Source of the DNA: Brachyspira murdochii
Lineage (GTDB): Bacteria > Spirochaetota > JAAYUW01
Assembly: GCA_020722965.1 (NCBI GenBank)
Contig: DYJT01000010.1
Coordinates: 1,469-65,468 of the forward strand
Length of the DNA: 64,000 bases
Direction of reading: 5' to 3'
Position numbers and translations under genes: made by a program. This document shows positions 44,116 through 53,727 of the stretch, piece by piece (position 1 is the first letter of the stretch; each line of letters begins with the position of its first letter). The notes under the pieces are model-generated. The model was not told the DNA's origin. It saw nothing but the letters and a program-made list of their open reading frames with translations, and did no database searches.

Positions 44116-44189
44116 CAGGCCAGGAGGGATTCGAACCCCCAACACGCGGTTTTGGAGACCGCCGCTCTACCAATTGGAGCTACTGACCT
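44116..44189 (-). tRNA. tRNA-Trp (anticodon CCA)
   Basis: hand-folded cloverleaf: 7-bp acceptor stem (one G-U), D arm GCTC/GAGC, anticodon loop CUCCAAA. Confidence 0.85.
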
Positions 44190-44259
44190 AATTAATAATA
44201 GTTATTTCTATCTATTGCTATTATATTATTCTATTGCTATTATATTATTTAACCTTATC

Positions 44260-44415
44260 TTATTTTATTTTTGTTTCAACATGGATAGTATGTTTTCTAC
44301 AAACTTTGCAATATTTTTTGAAAGATAATTTATCAGGAGTATTTTTTTTATTTTTATCTGTTGTGTAGTTTTTACTACCACATGATTCACATTTTAAAGC
44401 CAATAATTCTCTCAT
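44260..44415 (-). CDS. rpmG: 50S ribosomal protein L33 (zinc-binding form)
   Basis: 51-aa [54 protein letters not shown] found by hand. Confidence 0.9.
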   Translation of the reverse strand: MRELLALKCESCGSKNYTTDKNKKNTPDKLSFKKYCKVCRKHTIHVETKIK

Positions 44416-44471
44416 AAGTTCACCCTTAATTAAAAAAAATTTTCTTTTTTAAATTTTTAATTTCAACTCAT

Positions 44472-44544
44472 AGCCCTCACTCGGAATCGAACCGAGTACC
44501 TTTTCCTTACCATGGAAACGCTCTACCGTATGAGCTATGAGGGC
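44472..44544 (-). tRNA. tRNA-Thr (anticodon GGU)
   Basis: hand-folded: acceptor GCCCTCA/TGAGGGC, D arm GCTC..GAGC, anticodon stem TTTCC/GGAAA with loop AUGGUAA, T-loop GGTTCGATTCC. Confidence 0.85.
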
Positions 44545-44617
44545 AAAATCGCAAGAAAAAGTAACAGATTTTTAATAACTGTCAAGAGTGATTTTTATAA
44601 AACTTTTTTAGAATTCT

Positions 44618-44968
44618 CTATTTAACCATTTTACACTCGCCTTGAAAAATCACTCCATCTTCTATTTTTAAGACTTTTGTGGTTATATTTCCATACATCT
44701 GCGCTTGTTCTATAAATTCTGCTCTTTCTGATTTATTTATATTTCCCTTTAATATCCCGGCTATTTTTATGTGACCTGCTTCAATTTCAGCTTCTACTTT
44801 GGCTTCAGGAGAAATCTCAAGATAGCCATCTGTCTTTATTGTACCTTTGAATTCTCCACAAATCTTTACAGAAGTTTTAAACGACAAATTTCCAGTAAAG
44901 TTTGTTTCTGGGCCTAATGTTGTTATGACTTTATCTGAAAATGAAGGTTTATCTTTTTTGTTCATCAT
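44618..44968 (-). CDS. bactofilin (CcmA-like polymer-forming cytoskeletal protein)
   Basis: start trimmed to MMNKK with AAGGAG RBS; beta-helical repeat pattern ETNFTGNLSF...VKICGEFKGTIKTDGYLEI...AGHIKIAGILKGNI. Confidence 0.7.
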   Translation of the reverse strand: MMNKKDKPSFSDKVITTLGPETNFTGNLSFKTSVKICGEFKGTIKTDGYLEISPEAKVEAEIEAGHIKIAGILKGNINKSERAEFIEQAQMYGNITTKVLKIEDGVIFQGECKMVK

Positions 44969-45008
44969 GAAACTCCTTATAAATATTGCCTTGAAAAGAG
45001 GTGTTTTA

Positions 45009-45230
45009 CTACTTTGACACCATTGTAAAAACTCCATCCCAATCGTCTGATGGAGGATTTTTGATATATTCAACACATCTTAAATATTGTAGTTTGGAAG
45101 GGCCATCATTAGGATCTATTTCAAGTGCCTTTTGGAATTGTAAAATAGCATTTTTGAAATCTTTACCAAAATACAGTTTAATCCCTTCATTGTAATATCG
45201 AAGTAATGATTTCTTTTCTTCTGAAAGCAT
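45009..45230 (-). CDS. small TPR-like protein
   Basis: 73 aa; AAGAGG RBS; single TPR-like helix-turn-helix (ILQFQKALEIDPNDGPSKLQY). Confidence 0.5.
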   Translation of the reverse strand: MLSEEKKSLLRYYNEGIKLYFGKDFKNAILQFQKALEIDPNDGPSKLQYLRCVEYIKNPPSDDWDGVFTMVSK

Positions 45231-45289
45231 ATAATGCCTCTTAAATTTTTATATAAATATTATCTATTCCAAAAGATTTTTGTCAAATA

Positions 45290-46000
45290 TTATTGAAATT
45301 TTGTTTTAAATTTTGATTCGATCTCTTTCTGCGGTATAAATTGAGCCTTTTTCTCTTCTATCTTTTCTATTCTTTTTTCAATTTCAGAACTTAAATCTTC
45401 GTAATTTTTAATCAAATTGTTAAAGTCTTCTGATAATTTTTTATAAGAATCTATAATATAACTGGTTGAAAACTGATCTTTTTCCTTGGATAATTCATTG
45501 TCAAAATGGTTTTTAAGTTTTTTTGCAGGGTTATATATTTTTTCAACAAAAAAGGATTTTAATAATTTTATTATCTCGGCTTTTTCCTGAATTATCACTT
45601 CTCTTTTATTTAACTCAAGCAAATAACTCTGTCTTTTTAAAAGATTATTCATTTTTATAACAACTTCAAAAATGTTAACAGGTTTAATGATATAATCGTC
45701 TGCTCCCAATTCTAAAGCCTTTATTTTATGAGGAAAATCATCAAAGGCAGATATTACTATAATTGGTACATAATTCTGATGTTCATTTCTAATCTCTTTA
45801 ATTATCTCATAACCCGAAATATCTGGTAAGTCTATATCTATAATGGCGATATCATACTGATTGTCTTCAATATATTCCAGAAATCTATAGCCTTTATCAA
45901 AAGAAATTACTTCAAACATTTCAAGATTTTGGATTATAGTTTTAAATAGTTCGCATATCTCCCAGTTATCATCAACCATTGCAATCTTAAATTTATTCAT
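45290..46000 (-). CDS. response regulator receiver (REC) protein with coiled-coil C-terminal half and no recognised output domain
   Basis: MVDD...IIDIDLPDISGYEI...IIVISA...GADDYIIKP: complete REC phospho-acceptor pattern (D10/D11, D55, K105 equivalents). Confidence 0.8.
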   Translation of the reverse strand: MNKFKIAMVDDNWEICELFKTIIQNLEMFEVISFDKGYRFLEYIEDNQYDIAIIDIDLPDISGYEIIKEIRNEHQNYVPIIVISAFDDFPHKIKALELGADDYIIKPVNIFEVVIKMNNLLKRQSYLLELNKREVIIQEKAEIIKLLKSFFVEKIYNPAKKLKNHFDNELSKEKDQFSTSYIIDSYKKLSEDFNNLIKNYEDLSSEIEKRIEKIEEKKAQFIPQKEIESKFKTKFQ

Positions 46001-46295
46001 TTGAGTTAACCTCTTTTTTAACTTTACTTTCTTTGCTTTTTTTAAACCTTATAGTATATAGGCCAGAAAAGAGCTTCTTTTCCTTAATTATAGGGTTAAA
46101 TATTTGAACATCTTTTCTCTTTCTTTTTTTGAATACACCAAAACCCCGTAGTTCTATATCTACCTCTTGATCAGTTGATAGAATTTTATTTAATTCAACC
46201 AAAAATTGATTAATTATCGAACTTACAATATTTTTATTTATACCTGCCACATTTTGATAGGTTAAATCTATAAGTTCCTTTTTTGTTAACTTCAT
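45993..46295 (-). CDS. HU/IHF-family DNA-binding protein
   Basis: 100 aa; LRGFGVFKKRKRK beta-arm motif aligns with HU GFGTFEVRERAAR. Confidence 0.7.
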   Translation of the reverse strand: MKLTKKELIDLTYQNVAGINKNIVSSIINQFLVELNKILSTDQEVDIELRGFGVFKKRKRKDVQIFNPIIKEKKLFSGLYTIRFKKSKESKVKKEVNSNE

Positions 46296-46304
46296 AAAAA
46301 TAAA

Positions 46305-46586
46305 TTATATTTTATCAACCAATTTGGATGCTTTCGCTTTGTATCTAGCAGCAGTGTTTTTATGAATAACATTTCTCTTTACCGCTTTATCACAAAGTGA
46401 TTGATATTTATTGAACATTTCTAATGCCTGATCCTTGTTCTTATTGTCTATGGAAAATAAAAAGTTCTTAAAACCTGATTTTATCTCGGATTTTACACTT
46501 TTATTTTCCAGTCTTTTTTTTAAATTTTGTCTTACTCTTTTCTCTGCTGATTTCTTATTTGGCACAAATATGCTCCTTTTTTGCAA
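46305..46586 (-). CDS. rpsT: 30S ribosomal protein S20
   Basis: KKSAEKRVRQNLKKRLENKS. Confidence 0.85.
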   Translation of the reverse strand: MQKRSIFVPNKKSAEKRVRQNLKKRLENKSVKSEIKSGFKNFLFSIDNKNKDQALEMFNKYQSLCDKAVKRNVIHKNTAARYKAKASKLVDKI

Positions 46587-46654
46587 TCTTTACCATAAAT
46601 ATTATCAATGTCAATATTGATTATTTTCTATTTTCACCCTATTTTTAATTAAAG

Positions 46655-48265
46655 ATGTTAGATGCGAAATTTTACAATACTTTACCAGATAAAAGTGGTG
46701 TCTATCTGTTTTACGATAAAAATAATGAAATTTTATATATTGGCAAAGCTATTAATCTTAAAAAAAGAGTGAGTTCTTATTTTTCAAAAAATATTATAGA
46801 CGATAAGACCAAAGTACTTGTTTCAAACATCTCATATATAGATTACAGAATTGCTAAGTCTCAATATGAAGCCCTTCTTTTAGAACAAAATTTAATATCA
46901 ACATTAAAACCGAAATACAATATCCAACTTAAAGATGATAAATCATATACTTTACTTGGATTTACTAAAGAAAATTACCCTTCAGTATTCATAATAAGGC
47001 AAAAGGATAAATTTGATGGGATTACTTTTGGACCTTTTATTTCAAAAATGATGACCAACAAATTATATGAATTTATTCAAAAAACTTTTAAAATAAGAAC
47101 ATGCAAAAAAAAATTAAAAAATAGATCAAAACCATGTTTAAATTATCATCTAGGCAAATGCAGTGCTCCTTGTGCTGGTTTTATAGATGAGGATTCGTAT
47201 AATTCTCAATTTAAGAAAGCCTTAAAATTCTTAAAAGGAGAATATTCTTATTTATTAAAAGAGTTAGAAGACCAGATTAACATGTTATCTTCTTCTTTGG
47301 AATTTGAAAAGGCAAATACACTTAAAAGCCAATATAAATTAATTAAAGAGTTTCAATCCAGCTTTTCATATAATTGGAATTCTGAAGGGACATATGACTT
47401 TATAGCTTTCTATTTGCGTAACAATAATGGATATATTACTTTAATTAGAAGCAAAGATGGCATTAAGACTCTTTCGATAAATAAAAAGTTCTCATATCTT
47501 TCATTGAATGAAGATTTAGATTCTTTGATAATTCAGGCTATCCTTTCATTATATTCTGAAATCGAACCTGCTAATACTATTTATCTACCTTCAAATCATT
47601 TTAATGAAGCTTTATTAGAATTATTGAAAAAAGAGATTAGCATTAAGACATATAGATCTAAATTAGAACTTGGAATTTATAAGACATTACTATTACAATT
47701 AATTGAACTATATAAACAATCATTTAAGATTGCTTTATATAGCGAGAATAAAAGATTAAAAGAATTACAAAAAATATTGAATTTGAAAAAGATCCCTCAC
47801 AGAATTGATGGTTTTGATATTTCAAATATCGGCTCTTCCTATATAGTAGGTTCATCTGTTAGTTTTTACAATGGATCTGCCGATAAAAGTAATTATAGAC
47901 AATTTTCGATAAAGGGCACTACATATCAGGATGATTATGCCGCCATCGAAGAAATAGTCATAAGAAGACTATTAGAGTACCAAAACACGCATTCAGATTT
48001 ACCAGATCTTGTATGTATTGATGGTGGAAAAGGTCATGTCAAAAGAATCTCAGAAACAATTAACAAAAGTTTGAATATCGATATAACAATTATTGGTCTT
48101 GCAAAAAGAGAAGAATCTATTATTGTTGAAAAAGGAAAAAAAGAGATAAAATTACCTTTTTCCAACGAGGGTTTAAGATTATTAGTTGAAATAAGAGATG
48201 AGGCTCACCGATTCGCAAATAGATATAGAAAGAAAAAGATAGATTTAAACCTATATAAAAATTAA
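46655..48265 (+). CDS. uvrC: excinuclease ABC subunit C lacking the C-terminal (HhH)2 domain
   Basis: GIY-YIG N-terminus (GVYLFYDKNNEILYIGKAINLKKRVSSYF), UVR domain (LEFEKANTLKSQ), RNase-H-like domain with CIDGGKGHV; the protein ends about 20 aa after DEAHRFA. Confidence 0.8.
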   Translation: MLDAKFYNTLPDKSGVYLFYDKNNEILYIGKAINLKKRVSSYFSKNIIDDKTKVLVSNISYIDYRIAKSQYEALLLEQNLISTLKPKYNIQLKDDKSYTLLGFTKENYPSVFIIRQKDKFDGITFGPFISKMMTNKLYEFIQKTFKIRTCKKKLKNRSKPCLNYHLGKCSAPCAGFIDEDSYNSQFKKALKFLKGEYSYLLKELEDQINMLSSSLEFEKANTLKSQYKLIKEFQSSFSYNWNSEGTYDFIAFYLRNNNGYITLIRSKDGIKTLSINKKFSYLSLNEDLDSLIIQAILSLYSEIEPANTIYLPSNHFNEALLELLKKEISIKTYRSKLELGIYKTLLLQLIELYKQSFKIALYSENKRLKELQKILNLKKIPHRIDGFDISNIGSSYIVGSSVSFYNGSADKSNYRQFSIKGTTYQDDYAAIEEIVIRRLLEYQNTHSDLPDLVCIDGGKGHVKRISETINKSLNIDITIIGLAKREESIIVEKGKKEIKLPFSNEGLRLLVEIRDEAHRFANRYRKKKIDLNLYKN

Positions 48266-48368
48266 TTTCAAATCTGTTTTATTAGTTAGTTATAGATGTA
48301 GTTTTAATAAAATTTAGACGATAATTGAAAAAAAGTTCCTTTAGGGAATAGAATCTTTAGGGGATAAA

Positions 48369-50309
48369 ATGAAAGCAAAACAAAAACGAACAGCAAAAAA
48401 ATCATCTTATAAACCTTATATTAAAAAAGGAATAAAAGAAAGTATAAAAACCAAAAAAGGGAATTTACTAAAACTAGAAAATATCTATAATAAAGAAAAG
48501 ATTAATTTTATTCCTATTGTATTAAGCGAATTTCTTTCAATATTATTTGCATATCTTTCATGGTATATATTTCAACCTTTTCCTGTAATGGGTCCTAGTT
48601 TTGTAAATTTTAGAAATTTGTTATTAATACTTTACTCATCTAATTTTATCATTGGTCTTATTATTACTTTTTTCAAAGTAAGGGATATTTCAGACTATTT
48701 CTCTATATTCAATCTTTCATATTCTTTCGATCAGAATGAATTTTTAAGATATAGAGCAAAATTACTTAATATGCCTGTATTATTAACTATTAACTATTCG
48801 ATTAGACTCTTTATTTTCTCGTTGATAGGTTTATTTATAGCTGTATATCTTTCTTATATCCCAAGAATGTTTGTTTTAACTTTAATCTTCTATTTTATTT
48901 TTATCTTTGTTATTTTATCGATATTATCCTATTATCTATCCCTTTTTTCTTTGATGAATCAATTTATTATTCTTGGAAAGGTTAAAGTGAATTCAGAAGA
49001 ATCTCCTTACAAAATATATAAATTAGGAATAATGCCAAAGACATTTCTAACATTTATGATCCCATCATCATTACTTGCAATACTGCTTCTATTTATCACA
49101 TTTTCTTTGCTTCAATATGCAATTCAAGGTGGTACAATTCTATCTCTTGAGCTTAACTATGTAACCGAAACTATATTTTCCAGACTTTTACTATTTGCTT
49201 TAATTGTTTTTGCTATTTTTATTTATGTATATCTGTCCTTTTTAAAGAAAAATTTTAAACAAATAATAGATATACTTTCAGAACTTGAAAAGAGTAATTT
49301 TACATTCACATCTTATATATCGACATCTGATGAATTGGGTGATATAATTCAAAAAATTAATATAGTATCTATTAATTTAAATAATCTTATAAAAGAAAAT
49401 ATAAAATACTTTTCTGCTATATCTTATAAGATTAAGGAAAATTTTCAGGTTTCAAGAAAGATTGAAAGCAATTCAGAGAACCAAAATCAATCTATTAAAA
49501 AACTTTTAGACTCAGTAAATGAATTAAAGGATTCCACATCCCTTATAGTTGAAAAATCGAATAAATCGGCTCAAATTATCTCAAAATCTACAACTATACT
49601 TCAAAAAGAAATTTCTGTATTCGAATCATCTCTTTCATCCTTCTCACAGATCTCTGAAATTTCAAAAAAAATGACAGATTCATTGAAACTCATAGTTGAT
49701 ATAGCTTCTCACACCAAATTATTGGCTTTAAATGCATCTATTGAGGCTTCAAGAGTAGGGGAAAGTGGTAAAGGTTTCGCTGTTGTTGCATCAGAAATCA
49801 GGAAAATGGCTGAGAGTAGTTCGGTAATTTCCGATCAGGTAAATGATCTTATTAACACCATAAACACAAAGATCATCCAATCTATTGAAAATTCAAAGAC
49901 AATTAATAATTCAATCTTATCGATTTTGGATGAAACTAAAACAATCTCCGATGAGGTTAAATCCATATTAAATTCTGCAAACAAACAAAATGAAAACACA
50001 AATATTATAGATAATATTGCTAAAAATTATTTTGATTTAACTGCTGAAGGGATAAGCATAGCCGAAGAATTAGAGGCAAATTCTAATAACCTTGTTTCTC
50101 TTATAGAAAATCTAGAGATAAATGTCAAAGAGTTTAAAATATCTACGGATGATAAATTTATAATAACATCCGAAACAATCGAGCAGATCAAGAGTAACAT
50201 TAAAAATATCAAGAAAAAAGGAAAGCAAAAAGAGAATAAAGAAGAAGAACAACTTCTTTTACCTTCTAACGATGCAAAAACTCAACAAAAACTTGCTAAA
50301 CCAGAGTAG
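48369..50309 (+). CDS. methyl-accepting chemotaxis protein with polytopic N-terminal membrane domain
   Basis: MCP signalling hairpin [33 protein letters not shown]; about 6-8 predicted TM helices in the first 300 aa. Confidence 0.85.
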   Translation: MKAKQKRTAKKSSYKPYIKKGIKESIKTKKGNLLKLENIYNKEKINFIPIVLSEFLSILFAYLSWYIFQPFPVMGPSFVNFRNLLLILYSSNFIIGLIITFFKVRDISDYFSIFNLSYSFDQNEFLRYRAKLLNMPVLLTINYSIRLFIFSLIGLFIAVYLSYIPRMFVLTLIFYFIFIFVILSILSYYLSLFSLMNQFIILGKVKVNSEESPYKIYKLGIMPKTFLTFMIPSSLLAILLLFITFSLLQYAIQGGTILSLELNYVTETIFSRLLLFALIVFAIFIYVYLSFLKKNFKQIIDILSELEKSNFTFTSYISTSDELGDIIQKINIVSINLNNLIKENIKYFSAISYKIKENFQVSRKIESNSENQNQSIKKLLDSVNELKDSTSLIVEKSNKSAQIISKSTTILQKEISVFESSLSSFSQISEISKKMTDSLKLIVDIASHTKLLALNASIEASRVGESGKGFAVVASEIRKMAESSSVISDQVNDLINTINTKIIQSIENSKTINNSILSILDETKTISDEVKSILNSANKQNENTNIIDNIAKNYFDLTAEGISIAEELEANSNNLVSLIENLEINVKEFKISTDDKFIITSETIEQIKSNIKNIKKKGKQKENKEEEQLLLPSNDAKTQQKLAKPE

Positions 50310-50483
50310 AAAGATCTAATTATTTAAATTTTAATTTACCTAATTTATATCTTCTTCTATGAAACTTCGTTAATAAAAAAGTAAGAAAATTTAAATTTAT
50401 AAAATTTATTATACCTGATGACTTTTTTTCAATTGTTTTGTATATTATATTTAAAATTCAACAATTTATGAAAAGGGGTCAAT

Positions 50484-50921
50484 ATGCATTCAAAGGCTAC
50501 ATGGAACGAAGATCTTTATTTTACAGCAGAACTTAATGGGCATAAAATTGATATCGATGCTTCTGCTGAGCATGGTGGAAAAGATAGGGGTCCCAGGCCT
50601 AAAGGGCTTTTACTCACTAGCCTTATAGGTTGTACCGGGATGGATGTTGCATCTTTATTTAAAAAGATGAAAATTCCAGTCGAAAGTTTTACTCTTGAAG
50701 CATCTGCTGATGAAACAAATGAACACCCAAAGGTATATAAAGATATATTACTAAAATATTATTTCACAGGTAATATAGAAGATAGAATTAATGATCTTAT
50801 AAAGGCTATCAGACTTTCACAAACTAAATACTGTGGTGTTACAACTATGTTAAAAAAACATACTAACATTAACATAAAATTATATGTGAATGACAAAGAA
50901 ATAGAATATCCACAGGAATAA
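50484..50921 (+). CDS. OsmC/Ohr-family peroxiredoxin-like protein
   Basis: 145 aa; GPRPKGLLLTSLIGCTGMDV (OsmC Cys motif) and second Cys in TKYCGV. Confidence 0.8.
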   Translation: MHSKATWNEDLYFTAELNGHKIDIDASAEHGGKDRGPRPKGLLLTSLIGCTGMDVASLFKKMKIPVESFTLEASADETNEHPKVYKDILLKYYFTGNIEDRINDLIKAIRLSQTKYCGVTTMLKKHTNINIKLYVNDKEIEYPQE

Positions 50922-50935
50922 ATTTTACTTTTTAA

Positions 50936-51997
50936 CTAATAATAAAGAGCAAATCTAAGCTTAAAAGATAAAATTGAATCATTGATATTGTAATCCAGGT
51001 AGAAATCTATTAAATCTATTCCTATTAAAGCAAGCACAATACCAATTCCTGTTGAGTACTGCATCAATGAAAAATCAAGTTTACCATCCAATGATTGATA
51101 GTCATTTACACCGCAATCAAAAAAGAGAATTAATCCTGGGATTATGAATTTTTGATTAAATATTTTAGGTAAAAAAATCCTTAAATCAAGATTATTAATA
51201 AATGCAATTGTACCCTCATACTGGCACCAATTAACTCCTCTCATCGAATATCCCAGACTCCCTGCTGTCAAAGATGAAACCGGGATATATCCACTTGAAG
51301 TTGGTGTATAATAAAAAGACAATCTATCTGCTATGTAAGCTGTAAAACTTTCACTTTCAATTATTGGCAAAAATCCTCTTAATCTTACTTTAAATCTTGA
51401 AAAATCGGCTATTTGATTTATAAATTGCGGATATATTTCATAACTTAATAAGAGATCAATCCCATTATAGGAGTGGAATTTAATTGAATAATTAAGAAAA
51501 TTTAAGTAAAATTCAATTAAAAAAGAATTTTGAAAGATTCCTTCCTTATCTGGTAAGTTTGTTTGAGAAAGATAGCTGCTTTTAGAATCATTTTGTTGTT
51601 CATAAGATTGATAATCTAAAATAAATTTGAATGTCAATTGAGTGAGATATTTCCCATATGATTCATTATAAAAAAATAAAAAGGAAAAACCAACTGTCCC
51701 TATAATATTAGTTCTGGTAAAATAAAATGAATATGTTGAATTTTCATCATAATTTATAGGATTATTTGAAGAATCTCTAAAATACCCATAAGATTCATGT
51801 CCATAGCCTATTCCCAATATCATCATCGTCGTGCCAATTGAACCAATCTTAGCCGGAAAATCATTAATAAAAAAATAAAAATCAAACCCCCATAATCGTG
51901 GGGAAACAGAATATAACAATGTTTGTCCATAAATATTTTGTGATATTATAAAAAGTAAAAGGAAAAGAAACAAAAAGAAATAAAATTTAAATTTCAT
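50936..51997 (-). CDS. predicted outer-membrane beta-barrel protein
   Basis: start at 2nd ATG after GGAGGAG; signal peptide MKFKFYFFLFLFLLLFIISQNIYGQ; alternating aromatic/Gly beta-strand pattern; C-terminal ...FKLRFALYY aromatic terminus. Confidence 0.65.
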   Translation of the reverse strand: MKFKFYFFLFLFLLLFIISQNIYGQTLLYSVSPRLWGFDFYFFINDFPAKIGSIGTTMMILGIGYGHESYGYFRDSSNNPINYDENSTYSFYFTRTNIIGTVGFSFLFFYNESYGKYLTQLTFKFILDYQSYEQQNDSKSSYLSQTNLPDKEGIFQNSFLIEFYLNFLNYSIKFHSYNGIDLLLSYEIYPQFINQIADFSRFKVRLRGFLPIIESESFTAYIADRLSFYYTPTSSGYIPVSSLTAGSLGYSMRGVNWCQYEGTIAFINNLDLRIFLPKIFNQKFIIPGLILFFDCGVNDYQSLDGKLDFSLMQYSTGIGIVLALIGIDLIDFYLDYNINDSILSFKLRFALYY

Positions 51998-52027
51998 ATG
52001 CTCCTCCAATAATTTTAATAGATTTTA

Positions 52028-52348
52028 TCAAATTAAATTTTTGAAATCATCCTCTTTAATTGGCTTAACATAATATGTTAAACCACTTTCAAAAGTCTGT
52101 ATTAATTTATCCCAATCTAGTGTATCGTTTAGCAAAATAATTGATTCGGGCTTTTTCCCACTTATTACTTCATTTAAGTCGCTTTCTTTAATCGAGTTTT
52201 GATCAATTATATAAATGCAATCCAGATTTTCCAGGTTTTGTTTTTTCTCAAAATATTCATCAAGATTCATATATTTAATATTGCCTAATTTAATATTTTT
52301 ATCTGGTTCTACTTTATATTTTGAATTAGTTATAAATACAAATTCCAT
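52028..52348 (-). CDS. hypothetical protein
   Basis: 106 aa ORF 18 nt upstream of the OMP gene, same strand; no recognisable motif. Confidence 0.4.
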   Translation of the reverse strand: MEFVFITNSKYKVEPDKNIKLGNIKYMNLDEYFEKKQNLENLDCIYIIDQNSIKESDLNEVISGKKPESIILLNDTLDWDKLIQTFESGLTYYVKPIKEDDFKNLI

Positions 52349-52417
52349 AATGACTCTTTTTTATTTTTTATTATTAATTATCGTATATTTTATATATTTT
52401 AATTCAAGCATAAAAAA

Positions 52418-53707
52418 TTATATATGTTTGCAATATTTTTCAGCAATATCACTTCTATAAAAATTACCATCAAAAAAGATAAGATTATTTTCTATTGTTT
52501 CGTAAACTGCCTCTCTTGCAAGTTTTAAAGTTTGCCTTACGGCATTTATCGTGATGACTCTGCCTCCATTAGTTATAAAACCTCTGTTTTTTGAATATTT
52601 TACTAATGAAGTTTTATTATGAAAAATATTTATATTATCTATCTTTTTATCCAGCCCGGCTATTAAAACTCCCTTCTCAAAATCGAGAGGGTAACCTTTT
52701 GACACTAACACTACACTGACAGAGAAGGATGGAATTATTTTTAATAAATATTTTATTAAAGTTTTTGAGATTATTTCCATACAAAGGCTATTGAAAGATG
52801 AATTCATAATAGAGATTATAGTTTCAATCTCAGGACTTGAAATTGATGGAATTATATTTAATACAGTTAACTTATCGCCTGTTTTCAAAAAATTGATCGT
52901 TAAAAAACCAGGAAATAATAAATTTTCCTTTTTTAATCCTTCTATGAGAGGGAAAATAATCTTTTCATTCAGGTTTGCAAGGTCAATATTTGAAAAATTT
53001 GGGCAGGGAGAAAATGCACCCATACCAGATGTAAATAATCCATAATCATTATCAAAAGATTTAGGATATACCTTTATGATAGGGAAAAGAAGATAATTTA
53101 TTTTATCAAAAGCTATTATAGCAGAAAACTCATCCCCTTTTTGCGTCGATTCTATTAAAAACCTATCTGATTCTGATTTTAACTTTAATCTAATAGATTC
53201 TATTATTTTTGCTCCCTGTCCCTTTGATTCAAGTAAAAATGATCCCTTCCAGCTATTTTGAGAATCGAGATAGATTAACTTTTTAGTAGATAAATTCTCG
53301 ATAATCTTGGAAAGTTCTTCGAACGAATTTACAATCTGAAAAGAATTGGTAGGTATAGAATTATCTATCAAAAATTTTTTTAAATTTATTCTTGAATTAA
53401 AGAAAGAATGTAATTTTGTTGGAGCACCAATAAGAGGAATATTAAGTTCTGTTAGACATTCTTCTAATTTCTTTGTCAATTTTTTATATGAAGTTGCTAT
53501 CACATATGAGATATTTTCCTTTTTTAAAAAGCTAATTATCTCCTCTTTATTATTGAAGTCTAACTCGATATTTTTCGCCTTAGATTTTGAAAAATAACCA
53601 CCATTTCCAGGGGATAAAAATATAGAATTAACATTATTTTCTTGATTTAGCTTCCATGCTACTGAATCTTCAAGACTTGAATTTCCTATGAGTAAAATAT
53701 TTTTCAT
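52418..53707 (-). CDS. PurD-like ATP-grasp protein (phosphoribosylamine-glycine ligase homologue with degenerate motifs)
   Basis: overall PurD architecture: N-terminal KNILLIGNSSLEDSVAWKL (expected GSGGREHALAWKL), central GLFTSGMGAFSP (GPNTGGMGAYSP) and C-terminal TNGGRVITINA (expected TxGGRVL), but GGREH, GLAAGKGV and RFGDPE motifs are substituted. Confidence 0.6.
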   Translation of the reverse strand: MKNILLIGNSSLEDSVAWKLNQENNVNSIFLSPGNGGYFSKSKAKNIELDFNNKEEIISFLKKENISYVIATSYKKLTKKLEECLTELNIPLIGAPTKLHSFFNSRINLKKFLIDNSIPTNSFQIVNSFEELSKIIENLSTKKLIYLDSQNSWKGSFLLESKGQGAKIIESIRLKLKSESDRFLIESTQKGDEFSAIIAFDKINYLLFPIIKVYPKSFDNDYGLFTSGMGAFSPCPNFSNIDLANLNEKIIFPLIEGLKKENLLFPGFLTINFLKTGDKLTVLNIIPSISSPEIETIISIMNSSFNSLCMEIISKTLIKYLLKIIPSFSVSVVLVSKGYPLDFEKGVLIAGLDKKIDNINIFHNKTSLVKYSKNRGFITNGGRVITINAVRQTLKLAREAVYETIENNLIFFDGNFYRSDIAEKYCKHI

Positions 53708-53727
53708 ACAATTCCTTAAAAAAGTAA

